Shown here: piece by piece, positions 60,839-64,000 of the stretch
How positions within the stretch are numbered: position 1 is the stretch's first letter
Layout: each line of letters starts with the position of its first letter
Source of the DNA: Eledone cirrhosa
Taxonomy: Eukaryota
Assembly (NCBI GenBank): GCA_964016885.1
Contig: OZ024742.1
Location: 212,226,001-212,290,000, forward strand
Direction of reading: 5' to 3'
DNA: 64,000 bases
Position numbers and translations under genes: made by a program
The notes under the pieces: generated by a model
What the model saw: only the letters and a program-made list of their open reading frames with translations
Database searches by the model: none
Told to the model about the DNA's origin: nothing

Positions 60839-63375
60839 TATTAGTATATTTTCATTTCCTGAGTATTTGTTTGCATCAGTACATTGGAAAAGTACTTCTC
60901 AAGAAGTACTTAGATTTACTCTTCTAATGTGATATTGAGATGAAAATGAGAGAGAGAGAGAGAGCGACTCTCAACAATTGAAAGTGTTGTTTGACTGGTA
61001 GATTGAAGAGTTGGTATTACAGCATGCATATCAATATTCTTCAGACCTCTTCAAATGTTCAGTGTTGCTTAGACATCAGTAGTGAGAATTAACAAAAATG
61101 TCAATATATTCTTAAGTAAATAGCTTAAAGTTCCTGTGTGTTTTACTGTATGAATGCAACTGTAAAGCTACAACTACCCAACTGTTACTGGTTAAAATGC
61201 TTTAAAATGGCTATTGTTTAAGAAGCCCAGATTAGTTTGGACAGGAAGTAAGTGATGTACAGATGATTCTGTCAAAATGATCAAAACCTTTGGTACTATA
61301 CTAAAGAACATTTTGACTCATTTGCTTGTAAAATGGATATCATGTCATTATAAAAACAAGTGTTTCTTTGAAGAGGGTCAGAGGCATAACATTTCTATAC
61401 AAGAGCTGTATTCTCAATGATATATAATCAATCAATAAGAATTTATTTGACTAAAATAGTTTTAAGAATTTATGATCACTAAAATAGGTTTTTTAACTCT
61501 ATATGTCCATTGTTTTTAGATACTAATTTAACTGAAATTTAAGCATGGTATTTAAAACCAGCAATTAAACTGCCTTCTAAAATCTTACACAGCATACATG
61601 AATAAAGGCTGTATAAGATGTTATAATTGTGATGCTGATGTCTTATAGAGAAGCTCTTTAAAAGACCTTTATTTCTATTTTTCAGACATTGAATAAAGCA
61701 AAGTTTTATACTTCTGGTTATTGAAACATTCATTCATTTCATTCAAATGTGTGATTGTTTAAATAATTGGTTGTTTTATCAATAGTGACTGTTGTGTGCT
61801 GTGATGATAAAGTATATGGATTATCAAATATATTGTAAGAGTGAAATATGTATTTTTCTCCATGACAAAAAGTATATTTTGCAAACATTTTTCACCAAGA
61901 ACTGTTAAATATTTATCGTTTTGCCCCAAGTTTAATCTTTAACTTAGACTCAGTTTAATGTTTAAATTATTACATTTATACATATATAAAATAGTAAAAT
62001 TGAGTTAGTTAAAAATGAGAGCCTCTGTTGCCTCTTGACCTGCAAGAAAGAGCAGCCAAATTTCCTTTAAATTACACTCTATGAAATTAAAAAGGGAAAG
62101 ATATGTGTATTCAGGATAATGTAACTCTGGTTATATTCTTAACACTCTGTAATAATTTAGCTGATAATACATAAAAACAGGTTTGTTAATTCAAATGTTT
62201 GTAGTATCTTTACTAGTGGACAGATAATTGTGAAATTTGCAGTATTACCGTAAAGACTTCAATTTATAATGTGGTATAGACATAGTGGTATTTTGTATTT
62301 TTGAAGAGTCTCTTACTAATGCAATTTATGTGGTACATGATGTTGAGGGTTAAACTAAAACTGGATGATTACTGTTTGAACATTTTATTCTGCTCAGTCA
62401 TGATTGACTTCAGACGAAACAATAATTAAAATAGATGGATATTCTTTTGGGTGGTTAGTAACCAGTATCCTACTTACAAAGAATAATTAATAAGTTGATA
62501 TAAGTGACAACTTTAGCACAAAACCACATTTGTTTTTGTTAGACAACATTTTTTAGCAAAGCATTATTATATTTTGCTAAAGATAATTTTATAATTTTAA
62601 TTATATTCTGTTGGGACACAAATATTTATTTAAACAACTATAAATTCTTTTTTTTTTTTATTATTATTAAATATTGTCTAAAAATTACTGAAACAAATCT
62701 ACTAAGTCATAAGAAAATAGATTAATTCCACTATCATTCTTTTACATTAAAATGAGAGAAGTTCTGTTATTCATAAATTTGCTTATTAAGGAATTGTGCT
62801 GTTAAAAATAGTCCTTTAAGTGGATCATCAGTTTTAATGTTCATGTATTCTCAATCTTGAGAATTTTCAGTTGAAATGTAAGCTAAAAAAAATATTTAAA
62901 AAAACTAGCTCCTTTTAATCTTTAAACAGATTCTGATAGTTGTGTTTAAATAACTTGCATTATCAAATTGGGTATTTTGTATAGATGTCGATATAGTAAA
63001 AATTGTTATTCAGTATTTGTTATGCTTGTTGATAATTTTCTTTACTTTACAGAAAAAAAATTATAGACTTGCATCCCTCCCCCCTTCCATCCACCATAGT
63101 TCATTTATTGAGATGCATATCTAATAATATTTCCTTATTAGGATAGCTTGAAGCTGTGGCTCTTTGTCTTCAATTTTTTCCAATGCTGTAGCAGAGTTTG
63201 AGCTAGAAGAATTGGTTTTCTTTAAATAATTCTATGTATTTGTATACATGCTGGCTAAATATTTTATAGAATCCTAATAGTTGTTTAAATATATAAATAT
63301 ATTATGGGCATTGTGGTGCAACAATAAGTTCTTGGAGATTCAAATTTATTAACCAGTTTTGATTTCCAGTGACAA

Positions 63376-63562
63376 TCATTCTATGACCTGAATGCCATTG
63401 AGATAGACATGGACATATATCCTGCTCTCCTCAAAACCTCAAGCTTGATGAGTACATTAAGAAACCATTCTATGACCTGAATGCTGTGGGATAAGCATCG
63501 ATGTCTCAATGTTATATCCTGCTCTCTGAAAAACCTCAAGTTTGATGGGTACATTAAGAAAC
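63376..63562. repeat. Diverged two-copy tandem repeat of about 90-97 bp
   Basis: cattctatgacctgaatgc...tatatcctgctctc...aaaacctcaag.ttgatg.gtacattaagaaac occurs twice. Confidence 0.85.
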
Positions 63563-64000
63563 TATTATTTAAATAATTGCATGCAAGTTGAATGAATGAT
63601 AATTATGAAAATGATAAAATAGCTTAGTCCATAGCCAAACAAATAAACAAATGAAATTTAGTTTCATTATTAGCTTTTTTTTTTAATTTTATTTTGATAG
63701 TGTTGTTGACTTTTGTGTTCATTAAATTTGAAGTTACGAAAAAATATTTGTTTCATAAAATATTAGTCATTCTTATATTAATAGAAAAAAAAACAAATAT
63801 TTAAAAAAAAAGGAAAAGAAAAGAAATAGATAACCATCTTAATACTTTCATGCAGTCAAATTCATTTCTTTCTATGATTTTAAAAATATGGAATTGGTTT
63901 CATTTTTACTCGTTAGTGGTGCTTTATAATGTCATAATACATGTTTTTATTGTTGTTTTGCACACTTACAAATCCAAATGTAATAAGACATTGAATTTTA

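Noticed and set aside
63445-63530. Box C/D snoRNA (TGATGA...CTGA...CTGA)
   Set aside because: No terminal stem or recognisable rRNA guide; the motifs arise from the tandem duplication and differ between copies

Overview
AT-rich animal genomic DNA, most likely from an octopod cephalopod (inferred from the protein sequence and the SINE/LINE repertoire). The only host gene is a + strand Sec1/Munc18 gene (STXBP1/unc-18/Rop orthologue). Eleven internal coding exons lie between 28307 and 56007 (1322 nt, all GT-AG, phases consistent). The first exon and the 3' exons were not found. The first 22 kb is mostly multi-kb degenerate (TA)n microsatellite with a 200-N gap and islands of mobile DNA. Mobile elements: a near-intact CR1 LINE; several RTE-clade LINEs with a PHD-type zinc finger inside the reverse transcriptase, one with an uninterrupted 1038-codon frame; three SINE families; a DD37D Tc1/mariner relic; piggyBac- and pogo-type MITEs; non-autonomous Helitrons. 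The least obvious signal is a set of type I hammerhead-ribozyme motifs in non-coding repeats: a 311-bp tandem repeat, a 1.66-kb element with 145-bp direct repeats, and several remnants. These look like Penelope-like or retrozyme elements. All poly-(YI) ORFs are microsatellite artefacts.
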